DNA from: Catajapyx aquilonaris
Taxonomy: Eukaryota
Reading direction: 5' to 3'
DNA: 35,538 bases
NCBI GenBank assembly: GCA_000934665.2
Contig: JYFJ02004015.1
Span: 1-35,538, forward strand
The notes below the pieces were generated by a model. The model saw only the letters and a program-made list of their open reading frames with translations. It searched no databases and was not told the origin of the DNA. The translations under genes were made by a program, and so were the position numbers. Shown in pieces: positions 14,807 to 25,926 of this stretch (positions within the stretch are counted from its first letter, which is position 1; every line of letters begins with the position of its first letter).

Positions 14807-17800
14807 CGCTGGCTACTCCCCTGTAGGGCTATCCTCCTACCAGCAGAGGGCCCAACCAACCACACATACACACCCACACCTTGATCAGCAGCCTCACAAG
14901 CGCTCTCTATCTGCACGCCCGCACTCTCCACCACTTCCGATGCCTTTGCCGCACTTTTTTTCTTCTTTTTCACAGGTTCTCTGGCTCGATGCAGGCCTGG
15001 AAATACAGAGCAAGAGTTATATACGGGTGGTCGAACAGGTGCATCTGCGCGAGACTGGCGCATTGCATAGATACTGCAACATACATCACTTATGCAAGTA
15101 CAGAACCCTGCTGTTTACAAAGCACTGGGCACAAATCTATAATGCACCAGGTAATCTCCTGCATTGGATATTGATGTTTACAACCAGACGTTTTTCAAAT
15201 TAATTCAGTCTCCAGTGTACGTGAAATTCGACTTAAGCATAATGTTGCGGTACAATCCACAGCATATAACTTTTCAAAAAGTAGGCGGAGACCTCTGCCC
15301 CTCCAGTCTCCAAACACCCTAAGCAATCTGATTAACCCCGCCCTCTGCTCCACCAATCAGAATAGTGGGTACAGTGGGATCCAAAAGAAATCGTCCTATT
15401 TTGGAACCCTACCGTACATTGCTTAACCACAGAGGTCGCAATATTTAGGATATGCCTATTTTAAAAAAGAATGCAGTACGTAAGTCTGGAACTGTCCGTA
15501 GGCCTATATATAAAATCATTTCAAAGCCTACACACAATTATGCCCAATTCATGTTTTTCAAGCACAGTAATGAATACGTGCAATTAATTACTTTCGCTAA
15601 TTACACCACCTATTTATTGCTCTTTTGAATTAGAACTTGAAAGTCCCCCAGATTAGTGTGAACGCATGAACAATCAGTTGCTGCTTGGTCTGATTGGTCA
15701 TATTGTGCATTTGGAACAACAAAGCAGCGTTCACTCAGGGCAATTCCTATGCCGCAGAATACCTCCTGCATCCATTTGTCTTAAACTGAGCCGAACTGGC
15801 AAAAGCTTGAACCGCACAAAGTTCCTCCTAGCTCCTAACTATGACGATGATGCAGAGTCTGCTTTGAGAGAGTTCCCTGTGGGCACTTCCAACTAACAGA
15901 ATTCTGCTTCAGCATGTTTCGTGAGAGAGCCATGGGTGTTCAAATAGTTCCTGTGGGCCACGGAAAGACAAACCACTAAGCGCCTATAAACAATTACACA
16001 GACTCTCTTCTAGGTAGAGACTTGGTAGAGATGTGTTAGGCGGTTGTGCATGTAGCCAAATTTCCAAAATCTTTTTAATGTTCTATAATATATATGACAC
16101 TTTCATAAATGCGGTCCAACAATGTCTCCAAAAAATTATCTAGCCTTCCATGCAAAAATGTTCTTTGCTCCAGATCACATGGAATCAAAGGTACCAGACT
16201 CCCATAAACGTCTCCAATTCTCCCCGGATTGTGATTTGTAGGAGATATTTTCCTGGGGCGAGCCAAGATTTACTTGGTGATTCCAGACCCTTCAGACCCA
16301 CCTGAGTGTCTCGAGAGTTTCTAGAGAATAAATCTTCTCTCCAGCATTGGCACGATGGGCAGCCAACTAGTCGTCGACAACTCCAACTATACCACTTCAA
16401 CCCTAAAATATTACTGTTGTTCGCAAAAGTTTCCTTTTTATTATTGTCCCTGTCGTTTTCCTTGTCTGTATCTAGTACTTTTTACAAACTAATTTGCCGA
16501 TAGTAAATCAGTGTAATGAACATCGAGCTTGACTCCTACCCTCTGTGCATCTCATTAACATGCGCCCAGAAGCCGACCTTTTATGAACAACTCCTCCAAA
16601 GTTTCGGTAGTTAGTTAGCCCAAATTATAAGTAAGGCTACCGTATGCAAAGTGCACTGACGAAGTACCGGGGCAATAATCCAAGCCCTCGTTTATCATAC
16701 TAATTGTTTCCTACGCCACCTTGAGCTAATGTTCTTTTGTTTCCTTGGGTTCTTAGAAACCTTTTGTCAATGGAAGGACGTTTTCCGGAAACGAAGCTGG
16801 CCAATCAGGCAATCTCTCGATAATCGGATCGACTACGACTAAACCATGTTTGAGCACAATTTTATTCCATTAGCTACCAAGGAGGATCGATTCTAGGGTG
16901 AACAACAGGTTGGCAGAAATTTTTGCTGTATTTTTATTGCAGCAGCCTGTATAGCAGTGGAGGCAAAATTTGCAAAACGGCAAGGCTTGAATGGGATTCA
17001 TTAGCGACATACCGGCGTCTTGATGTCATCGTATTAATGAGTCATTGTTCGACTCGACCTCGAGAGTTTATAGTCGCTCACGTTACATCATTCGCAGAAT
17101 TAGAGGCCGATAGACGCAGCCTTGTCACGTACTAAATATCGAGCTAAAAATACTGCTTATTGAAATTTGGATGTAGACCGGAAAATATTTTAAAAAAAGG
17201 CGATATGAATGTTGCACAATGAGGTAATGCCCATACATATATATGCATATGTCATTCATTACAAAAAAAAATCCATTAATTCCAACCCTGCCAATGCACC
17301 TGTTGTTGCACCCAGCGCTACCTGTCTCTCCCATCCCAAACTTGCGCATCATGACACTCGTTCCAGTCCAGGAAACTTCAAAAAATATTTTTTTTAAATA
17401 TATTGTCATCCCCATGTCTTTTTTAGGCCAATTGGGTCCGGTTCCGACTCTCCCAGAAATCAGTCATCTGCAAAATTGAATCATCAAACGCCGGCTGGAT
17501 TTTGGGCAACTGGCCATTTTCCATTGGGGAAGACTTGAGAGATGCTACGTGTGACATCTGCATGCTGGTATCCCAACTATTCTGGAGTTTAAAGCGGGGG
17601 AGTCTGATGGTTCAAACAGGTTCAAACATAGGTCCTGATGATATTGCCAATGTGTCAATTTGCGCTTTATGGCCGTTGTTTGGACGCAAATTAATTAATC
17701 GGAGATTTCACATTAATTTGGGTTGATGCAACCGGCTTTAAACCAACATGGATAAGACGCCCTGTCAGAGACGGATGACTGCGGCCATTGATGCGTAGAG

Positions 17801-19329
17801 TCTGGCCTGCTTCCAATTGTGGGCGCTCGCATAGATATGGATCGACTTTTCCTTGAATTCGGAATAGAGTCGGGGAGCCATGCATCAATGTGATGGAATT
17901 CATGGCTGCCAGGAGAAGTGCAACACCTTTTTTTTTTTTCACTTGGGAAGCTTCAAAGTGAGGGATTACATAGCAACGCGATAACGGAAAAACTGCGCAT
18001 TTTCCGCTGATCGAAAGACGACTATCATAGCACGTAAAGGCCATATTGGACCAGCCTTTAAAAATAATGCATGTATAAAAATAACACGCGAACAACGTAT
18101 CGTACCAAATTGAAGAATGTTTGTCTGAAATAGGCTATGTATAGCCTACGTGATTTTCGAGCACACAGAATGTATACAAAAATATTTACGAAATAAGTAG
18201 CTAAATATGTCATGTATACTCTTTCATTTTTAGTAACTTAGAGTCAGTCTACTATGACACTGCCAAATTACAAATAACGATTTTTTATCTTCCGGAGCTG
18301 TTTCATGAAATATGCAGCGCATCCGCTGAGCTCCGCTAACTGTAAGAGATAAGTCTTTCTGGTGAAAATTTAATTTTGCCAGGGGGCCCAAAATCCGGCA
18401 GGATTCGTTTACAAAGCTGATTAACGGGCGTTAAGACGTCAGCGGACTCACTATAGTGAGTGTAGCTCTAAATGCGGTTAGATCAGTCATCACATAAACG
18501 AGACTGGTTGTTGCGACATACCGATGACACTCGACGATATACTTTTTTCTGGAGAAATTCTGTAGCAGACGGATATAATTAGCGACATATTTTGGGCTAA
18601 GATTGCAACATGAAGAGTAGAATCAGATGTCTTTTCTGCAGATCATTGTTGTTGTTATTAGGTCGTGGGTCTTGCACTCCCCATTTGGTCGGATGCAGCT
18701 TCAAAACATCTCTGTCTAGTCATGTTGCACGTGCCCACATGTAGCGAAAGAGATAACATCCACAACATCCTCTGGAGACTCTTCGATGGCGGTTTCTAAA
18801 CGTGTTCCAAATATAGAGAAGCTCAACTCCATACCTCACAGCAAGGGGGTTGCAGAATGCTGATGGGAACACACCCCCTCCCACCAGGTCATTTTTCACT
18901 TGCAAAAAATTGCGAGTAGTCATTTGCACTGGCGTAATGCAAACGTGTGTCAAGAGATGGTCCCACGTTTTCTGGACGAATCCGAGCAAAGTTCGAGCAA
19001 ACGTAGCGGAAATGGCGGGTCATCTCGATTCCAACTTGGAAAAAAGATGAGCCAAGGGAGAAAATCTTGGCTTCCGTCTTTCGGGCAGCCTCTCCCATGC
19101 CAACGTATGAAATCTGCTCAGCCGAGATGAGATTTCATCCTTTTCGATTTTGATTCTTTCCACGCTTTGATTTATACACTGCCATTACAGTGAGGATATC
19201 AGACTTTTGAGAGTACTATATGCTGGATTCACAAAAATTGGACCATTTGCATCAAATTTTCTGAATCGTGGCCCCTCATTGGACATAACCGCATTCAGGC
19301 CCATCAGTGAGTTTGATCTTAATCATTCG

Positions 19330-19330
<1 letters not shown>

Positions 19331-19408
<78 letters not shown>
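19331..19408. repeat. (AAT)26 microsatellite
   Basis: Perfect trinucleotide run. Confidence 0.98.
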
Positions 19409-19409
<1 letters not shown>

Positions 19410-19480
19410 TTGTAACTATACAACCTTTACTACGAGCATGTCATCGTCGTGACTTTAGCGCAAAAAGTGGCAAATATGTT

Positions 19481-19696
19481 CCTTATAAGGAAACCTCCCC
19501 AAAAAGTGGGGCAGTCATGCAGCCATGTACATTAAAGGAGTTGGCACTTTACACACACACAAAAAAAATGTAGGCTATCGACAGGGTCTATAAGTCGGGG
19601 GAGTAGGTGTCCTTGGAATAAAAATTTTTCAGCTTCGCACGTGTCGGTCATTGCTCAATGTTCGTCTCAATGAGGGGGAGGACTGACCATTTATGG
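19481..19696. promoter_or_regulatory. Pair of perfect CArG boxes (SRF sites)
   Basis: CCTTATAAGG at 19481-19490 and CCATTTATGG at 19687-19696; a TGACGTCA (CRE) follows at about 19720. Confidence 0.45.
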
Positions 19697-19959
19697 CAGT
19701 CAACTTTCGTCTTGCAATGTGACGTCACTTATTTCAGGTGCAATAATGGTAAACTGAATTAATGAGAGAGGCCTATGAAAGGGTTAAAGGACTTGGCCCA
19801 GCTTCAACCGCATCCTTTCGTGATGCTGAATACACTCGGCCAACTCCTCACAGTCTATTTTTAATCAGCAAGTCAACTCGGGGTAAATATTACTCCTGCT
19901 TTTCCCCCCATATAATTGCAACCATCCCACAACTCTAAATAAATGAGATTCAAACTTAC

Positions 19960-20095
19960 AGTTTTTTTTAAAATATATAAAAAGGTATGTCCCCACACTG
20001 GAGCCGGCTTGGATGTGTTGTGAGGGTCAGCACAGGCTTCTCAGGCCTCTTTTATGTCCTAGGCGCCTCCCACTGGTGATGCAAAAAAGCCAATG
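19960..20095 (-). promoter_or_regulatory. Candidate filamin promoter and short non-coding first exon
   Basis: Minus-strand TATA-like CATAAAAG at 20056-20049, CCAAT near 20090, Inr-like TCA near 20021 and GTAAGT donor at 19959-19954. Perfect CArG boxes lie just downstream. Motif arrangement only, no transcript data. Confidence 0.35.
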
Positions 20096-20928
20096 GAGCA
20101 GCAGCATAACTCAAGTGTGTATGTCTCCGATCTGCAAACCCGTTTGGTCACTCAACTTATTCTGATGGGAGTTCCTAGGCATGGCGGCCGATTCTTTCCA
20201 CTGCTTGTCCGAAACTGAGCCACCAAAATGGGAGCAATGCCGGCTAAGAATAGAGAGGGGGTGTGTAGAGGGGTACCTGGTGTCTGTGGGTTTCAGTCTG
20301 TTGCTGTGAGTTTCTGAGCCAAGTTGAGCTCAATGGGAATCCTGAATCATAGTTTGGTTTTCGACACAGGGTGAGTCAAAATGCCCTGAAACAATGCCAA
20401 GCATTATAACATCTCATTTCTGGCCGCGTCATGTATTGTCACAACATAAAGAGCAATTTAGTCATGCCAGGTAATAAAATTAATTAAGCTGTTTACAATC
20501 ACTGCATGTCAATAAATCACTACATTTCTTCATTAGCACTACTTGGCCTGTAATTCCTGTGGCATTAGCCCATTATGGCAGGCATTATGCATTCTGGAAT
20601 ATACTGTGCACCTTGACACATATCCAAGAACAATACAAAGAGGTATGTGACAGGTATTTTAGAGTAAATGTTGGCAAGTTTTCGTTATGACAAAGGAACT
20701 CATCCAAGTAGTGTTTCCGATTATGTCGAAAGTCCTACTATGGCTAATGGTCCTTGAATAGTTTGGTGTATCAGAGCTAAATATGGTCAAAGCAAGTTTC
20801 ACCTCTTACATGCACGTTTGTCACCATTATAACTGGTGGGAGATGTAGGCTACAAGGCATCTACCCATTTAGATTTTATGGAATGTCAAAATCTAAAAGA
20901 AAGTGCATGTTATGTATTTCACTACTTA

Positions 20929-21055
20929 TGCCTGGTTGCACCAACAAAATTACCGGTCCGATAGCTCCTAATGGACAGATAGGTAGACCTTTTAACATGT
21001 GTTATCGGTCCGTTAGGAGCTATCGGACCGGTAACTTTGTTGGTGCAACCAGGCA
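20929..21055. mobile_element. PIF/Harbinger-type MITE (127 bp)
   Basis: 53-bp inverted arms with 3 mismatches (20929-20981 and 21003-21055), 21-bp spacer, TTA on both flanks as a 3-bp TSD. Confidence 0.8.
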
Positions 21056-21593
21056 TTACCATACAATATTGTGCTTATTTTTAATGACCATTAAAAAAAT
21101 TCCTGGAAACTGTCCTGCAAGTGTCAGGCTATTGCTATAACATTTGAGCAATGGGTCATAATACTAGCTGTACTGGAATGGAAACAGAAATTTCGTTCTG
21201 GCCATCATGGACATAGCTTTCTGTCATTCTCAGACCCACAACTACAGAATAAGTTGTGAAACCTGTTTATAGCAATGTCATCAATTCTGCAAAGGTTTCC
21301 AGCATAAAACAGGTTTCAGTTATGTAGAGCAGATAGGCGACACTGTAAGTAAAAGAAATCCTCTGCTGGGGCCTAAAAGAATAAAGGATATCGCATAGTA
21401 TGCCTACTGGAGCAAACAAGATCACAGAACAGGAGAACATGTATGAAACTCTGAAAAAGTGTCTGACAAAATATTACAGCAATGGAAATACTCTATAGCG
21501 TAAAGAAGCATGTTTTCCTCTACTTGCAAGTTCCACTATTCATATTATCGCTCTTGATATTATTAATTCAGCCCAAGTTCCTGGAAAATATTA

Positions 21594-22547
21594 AGGTGAG
21601 TAGGGGCAAGTGTGACCCTGTTTTACATAGGTTGACTTTGGGTGAAGATTGTGCCGCTCAGGAAGCTGTATAAATGCTGAACGTTCAACGACATCCAGAG
21701 TAACTAATTCTCTTTTAGTGATCACAGAATCAATAGGGTACAGTTTTGCAATTGTCTGAAAATGATTTATTCCCGAAACTGTGACATGGATTTGGCACTT
21801 GCCCCGATGTGGGGTAAGTGCAACTACTGGCCTTATCTTTGAAGAGAGCATCGGGTGAGGGAAATGAGGTAAGTGGCTACTAGGGTAGCAGTATACCTTT
21901 CTAGAGTTCTTTTCCGAATCAAAATACCTTTTCCCAGTGTCAAATTATCAACTTTCAATGAAAATCTGCGTAAGAGGAGCCAAGAGAAGAAAAAGTCCCC
22001 AAGTTACATAGTATGAGTTGACATGTGAATAAAATAAGTTAGTATGTCTCAAAAGCACTTCTTCAGTAAACAGAATGCCACACTCACACGTATAGCACAC
22101 ATTTAAACCTGAAAAATCCAGTCCAAATAGTAATGCTCCACCTCTGCGGTCTTCCTAGGTCGCACTTGCCCCAGTGTCACATTGTCATGGGGCAACTGCG
22201 ACCTAGGCAACTAAAGGTGATGTCATAATCTTATCGCTAATTACACAAGGTCATAGAAAATGCTTCATAACTATGCAAAAATAGAACACCCAGCATGTTG
22301 AAGTGCACCTACACAAAATATCTTCCGAAGTTCGTCGATCTTCTTCTGAAGGTGAGATGTGAAGGTCGCGAGTTCCGTCTCCGTCATAGCCACACAATGC
22401 CAGTAATGCGGGAAAATGCTTTTGCCCTATGTTGACCGAGGTCAAGACAATCATATGGGGGTGTCACGAAAAGTGCTCCCATACCGTGGCATTATTTTTC
22501 CCCCGAAGTCGCACTTACCTCGTTTCGGCACTTGCCCCGACTCACCT
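21594..22547. mobile_element. Non-autonomous TA-targeting (pogo/Tc1-mariner-like) DNA transposon, ~950 bp
   Basis: TA|AGGTGAGTAGGGGCAAGTG ... CACTTGCCCCGACTCACCT|TA; the GGGGCAAGTG motif recurs internally as inverted pairs near 21795-21820 and 22160-22205. Confidence 0.8.
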
Positions 22548-23117
22548 TACGACATCATGTCACTGCAGTGGGACATTGAGAATCAGGTGCAATAATTACA
22601 CAATTATTGGATACTTGTAGTAGTCAAAATGACTTTATTTAGAAAAAGGTTCATTTCCAAATATTAATAAGTTGTGGCATACACCAAGCACATCTCTGAC
22701 GGCCCAAGCAATAACCCTGTATCTTCGAAAATCACGTACATGGAGATAAGTGCACCATTGCACTCCTCTGTGCAAGCCACACCTGTTGGTACAATGCCCG
22801 TAGCTGTTGGAGCAACTCTTACAAAGTTTTGACCACATTTAAATCCTGCACTTCCAGCTACAGTAATGGAAACAAAAAACTTCAAACGCAAATATCTTGA
22901 AATGACAAAAAGGCGAGATACAGGGTTTTGACTTGGGCTGTCAGATCTCAGTGACACCATACAAGTTCAATCCAAAAGTTACACAGACCACACTCACAAA
23001 CTGAGCATGATGATTCAGATATTTTCCAGTCCAACTTTCATGTGTAAAAATGTTTTCACACCATTTGAAAGAAACAAACTGAATAATGAAATGTCTCTTC
23101 AATCACAGGTACTTGCT

Positions 23118-23267
23118 CTAGTCAACTTCTTCAAGACAAATGTATCTATGATCATCAGGTTTGTACTTGGCAATTCCACATCGAAGCAGAAACTCCACAT
23201 GCGGTGTCCACATGTCTCTTGTTATCTCAACATAGAGATCTCCTCTAGTCTTATTTCGCACCAATTC
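23118..23267 (-). CDS. CENPK: Centromere protein K, last coding exon (conserved C-terminal head)
   Basis: Acceptor attttgcag|; ELVRNKTRGDLYVEITRDMWTPHVEFLLRCGIAKYKPDDHRYICLEEVD* matches the recalled CENP-K C-terminus DPYVKI...FWPPYVELLLRNGIALRHPEDPTRIRL. Candidate AATAAA (minus) at 22639-22634. Confidence 0.9.
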   Translation of the reverse strand, partial: ELVRNKTRGDLYVEITRDMWTPHVEFLLRCGIAKYKPDDHRYICLEEVD

Positions 23268-23364
23268 CTGCAAAATATTTGCAAGTATATTTTACATACC
23301 GACATATGCTCTCTGGTCCTGCAGCAATGGAGGAGCTGATCAAAGGAGAGCGAGCAGTACTTAC

Positions 23365-23433
23365 GGAAAGGATATCACTGACAGTCAAGTTGTACCCTGA
23401 CTTTGGAGGAAAGGCCAGCTCCACAAACTTGTG
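23365..23433 (-). CDS. CENPK: Centromere protein K, coding exon 3
   Basis: Acceptor attttattttcag|, 23 codons HKFVELAFPPKSGYNLTVSDILS, donor |GTAAGT, phase 0 at both ends. FVELAFPP resembles vertebrate CENP-K FLEDHFPLP (recalled). Confidence 0.85.
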
Positions 23434-23618
23434 CTGAAAATAAAATTCTTGCATTTTCACACACTTAATGTTACATACAATTACACAGCACCTTTTGTCA
23501 TTCTAAATTCCCAATAACAGAGCCAATTCCTGACCAGTCAAGAGAGTACAGCAGCCCACGTCTGTTTGCAAACATAATTTTCATACTTCCAGTTTCAAAT
23601 GACCCCAGAAGGGAAACC

Positions 23619-23836
23619 TGAAATAATTATTCTAATTTTATGGCATTGGTGTGTGACAATTTTTTGTCACATTCACTAATTGAAGTTTGTACAATATTAC
23701 TAGTACCATGTAGCAACCAATCATAATGGCGCATTATAATGGGATGACTCGTCAAGTTCATTGTCAGTTTTAGTGAACATCTCACTCATTAAATTGGGCA
23801 CCACCTACCAATGCCATAAAAATTAAAATTATTTCA
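23619..23836. mobile_element. Degenerate MITE / foldback element
   Basis: Imperfect ~30-bp inverted termini tgaaataatt...ttttatggcattggt / accaatgccataaaa...aattatttca, plus an internal inverted match (ttcactaa / ttagtgaa). Confidence 0.55.
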
Positions 23837-23911
23837 TGTTCTAGGAACAAGGTTCTCTGCAGTTCTCTGAAGCAAAATTCCCCTTGTCAATTTTCTCAAC
23901 TTCAGCTCCAT

Positions 23912-24352
23912 TAGATTAGCCCTTCCTATCCACGGGGATTGGCTACAGGACCTCCCGCAGATACCAAAATCTGCGGATGCTAAAGTCCTCTGTATAAAAG
24001 GGTGGAGTACTTTCATTAAACCAACCCACATCTTCCTGCATACTTTAAATCTTTGCTAAATTACTTATAATACACCGCAAATGCTGTGTGACCAGGGATG
24101 GAAAAAGAACCGCTTCTTCGGTTCTTTTTCCATCCCTGTGTGTGACAAGTTATCATCTTCTATGGTTTAGGGAATTATAGCACGAAAAACGAACATGTGT
24201 GTACATGTTCAGGGCAGGGTTAGGCCTCAGTGTTTGGCAAATTCAAGTTTTGCTCTATTGGAACCTTCGGATTTCATTTTTCTTCACATATTTTCTACGA
24301 GCAGCTGTTATAATCTGCAGATGGATAAGCCATGGACACAGAGAGCCAACTG
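23912..24352 (+). mobile_element. Tigger (TcMar/pogo) non-autonomous element resembling MER2/MER2B
   Basis: Degenerate TIRs (gcccttcctatccacgggg ... ccatggacacagagagccaactg) and internal blocks colinear with recalled MER2/MER2B: ggggattggctacaggacc, gataccaaaatc, atactttaaatc, ttacttataatac, gtttagggaat, tgtacatgttcag, gcaaattcaagttttgct. Confidence 0.8.
24093..24138. mobile_element. 46-bp hAT (Ac-like) miniature element
   Basis: Perfect 20-bp TIRs CAGGGATGGAAAAAGAACCG with a 6-bp spacer; perfect 8-bp TSD TGTGTGAC at 24085-24092 and 24139-24146. Confidence 0.9.
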
Positions 24353-24357
24353 AACAA

Positions 24358-24500
24358 TGCCAATTCTCATGACCGTAATCATGTCAAAGAAAATCGTGTT
24401 GGTCAGATCACCAAGTAAACACAAGCAGTTGGAGGTTAACATAAAAACCATAAAAACATGTTCCTCAGCATTAAAGTGGGTGCTGTCATGAGAATTGGCA
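24358..24500. mobile_element. MITE with 16-bp perfect inverted termini
   Basis: TGCCAATTCTCATGAC at 24358-24373 and its reverse complement at 24485-24500; no clear TSD. Confidence 0.6.
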
Positions 24501-24558
24501 CGATATAATCTTTATTAGGAGCCAAAATCACCAGAATCAACTATCATCATTTTGTCCT

Positions 24559-24826
24559 TTGGGCGACACGGTGGCGAAGTGGTTAGCGCCTCAGCCTTCC
24601 ACCTCTAAGGTCCTGAGTTCGATCCCCGGATCGGACAGAGGATACTTATGTGGATAGAGTTTCGATGGGTTCTCTCCGTGTTCGCGTGGGTTTTCTCGGG
24701 GTTCTCCCGTTTCCCCCCACTATCAAAATCGATCACAGCGCAGGCAATGATTAAAGTCGGTCAATTAAAAGATGATCCCCAAAAAGCCCAAGGAGGCTTA
24801 TCACAGGGTGTCCCATTATTATCATA
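24559..24826 (+). mobile_element. tRNA-derived SINE with V-type conserved central domain
   Basis: A-box TGGCGAAGTGG 24572-24582; B-box GAGTTCGATCC 24615-24625; central ttctctccgtgttcgcgtgggttttctcggggttctcccgtttccccccac; 3' hairpin AAGCC-caagga-GGCTT; short ATT tail; TSD ATTTTGTCCT at 24549-24558 and 24827-24836. Confidence 0.88.
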
Positions 24827-25568
24827 ATTTTGTCCTAGAAAATTCCATAAACCCTGGTCTGAGAAGTGTGCACCACATTGTAAAATAACTTCACATTCAT
24901 TATGAAATGGAGAAACTTAAGAAAAACCGCAATGCATAGCACAGAATTTAGCAAAATGTGTTTACGTATGTAAGGTTTGTCAGTAGCTAAAGATCTGTTC
25001 CTTCACGCTGACCTGGAGAGCAGCACATTGCAGTAGCTGGAGACAAGAGTAGTGCCAGGCGACTTGTCAGGTTTTCACCTTGAGTGTACCATCCCAAGTG
25101 CCGCGGACATTTGAAACGCAGACAAAGATCAGGATCGGTGTAGGAAAGGAAGAGGGCAATAGGCAATGTGACCATGCGACTATGCCACCGTTATCAAAAT
25201 GAGCTTTGGATTGAAACAGTATTAAGGTGGTGAATAGAAGGTCAGACAGCATGTGAGGTTGCTCATCACTGCCTGCTTTTTCGACACCTAGGATGGGGTG
25301 AAAGTGCAACATTTCTGCTTGTCTCAATCCGTGGCATTGTGCTGCTTTGCAGGGCCTCTTCTCAATTACAGGAGGTACATACAAATCAAAAGTAATGGAA
25401 TTAGCGTGGGCATTTTAAAATATGTCGACTGGGAACTTGATGCTTATGCTATGTTTGTTACTGAAACTAACATGATGGGAATCAGCAATTTTTTGTCTGA
25501 CTTTTGAGGCCACGCGGTTGGTTACAGATACAAATCTGTGCCAGTGTCATACTCCCTCCAACACTCAC

Positions 25569-25867
25569 CAACTTATCCTTGAGGACCTTGAACATGGCGT
25601 GCACACGCCTCTCCTTTGCCACCAACTCCGCCACCACCTCCTCCTCACTCTTCTCAGTCTGTGCCTCCCGTCTCTTGGCCACGGCTTCCGCAATGTCCCT
25701 CTTCCTGGACTTCTCCCACCTAATGTTCTCATCCAGGTCCCTGATCTTGGCCTTCAACCCCTTGTCCTTCGCGGTGTAGTACTGCAGCATCCCTTGCGTC
25801 CCGTCCAGTGCTTCCTTCAGCTTGTGCTTGTTCCACACGTACAGCAGCTCCGGATCATTAGGCAAGC
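25569..25867 (-). CDS. CENPK: Centromere protein K, coding exon 2 (coiled coil)
   Basis: Acceptor ctctttcgtgggacag|GC in phase 1; GLPNDPELLYVWNKHKLKEAL...MFKVLKDKL; donor TTG|GTGAGT (phase 0). Confidence 0.85.
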
Positions 25868-25926
25868 CTGTCCCACGAAAGAGAGTCATCATCCAGGGTG
25901 AAGGACATGACAAGGGGGGTATTTAC

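Noticed and set aside
14424..15203. 259-aa plus-strand ORF
   Set aside because: Antisense shadow of the GC-rich filamin exon, with no recognisable domain.
18445..18456. T7 promoter / vector contamination (GACTCACTATAG)
   Set aside because: Lacks the upstream TAATAC and any flanking vector sequence.
19307..19573. Poly-Asn ORF
   Set aside because: Translation of the (AAT)26 microsatellite.
24561..24635. Possible tRNA gene
   Set aside because: It has A and B boxes, but the stems are poor and it continues into a SINE core with tail and TSD.
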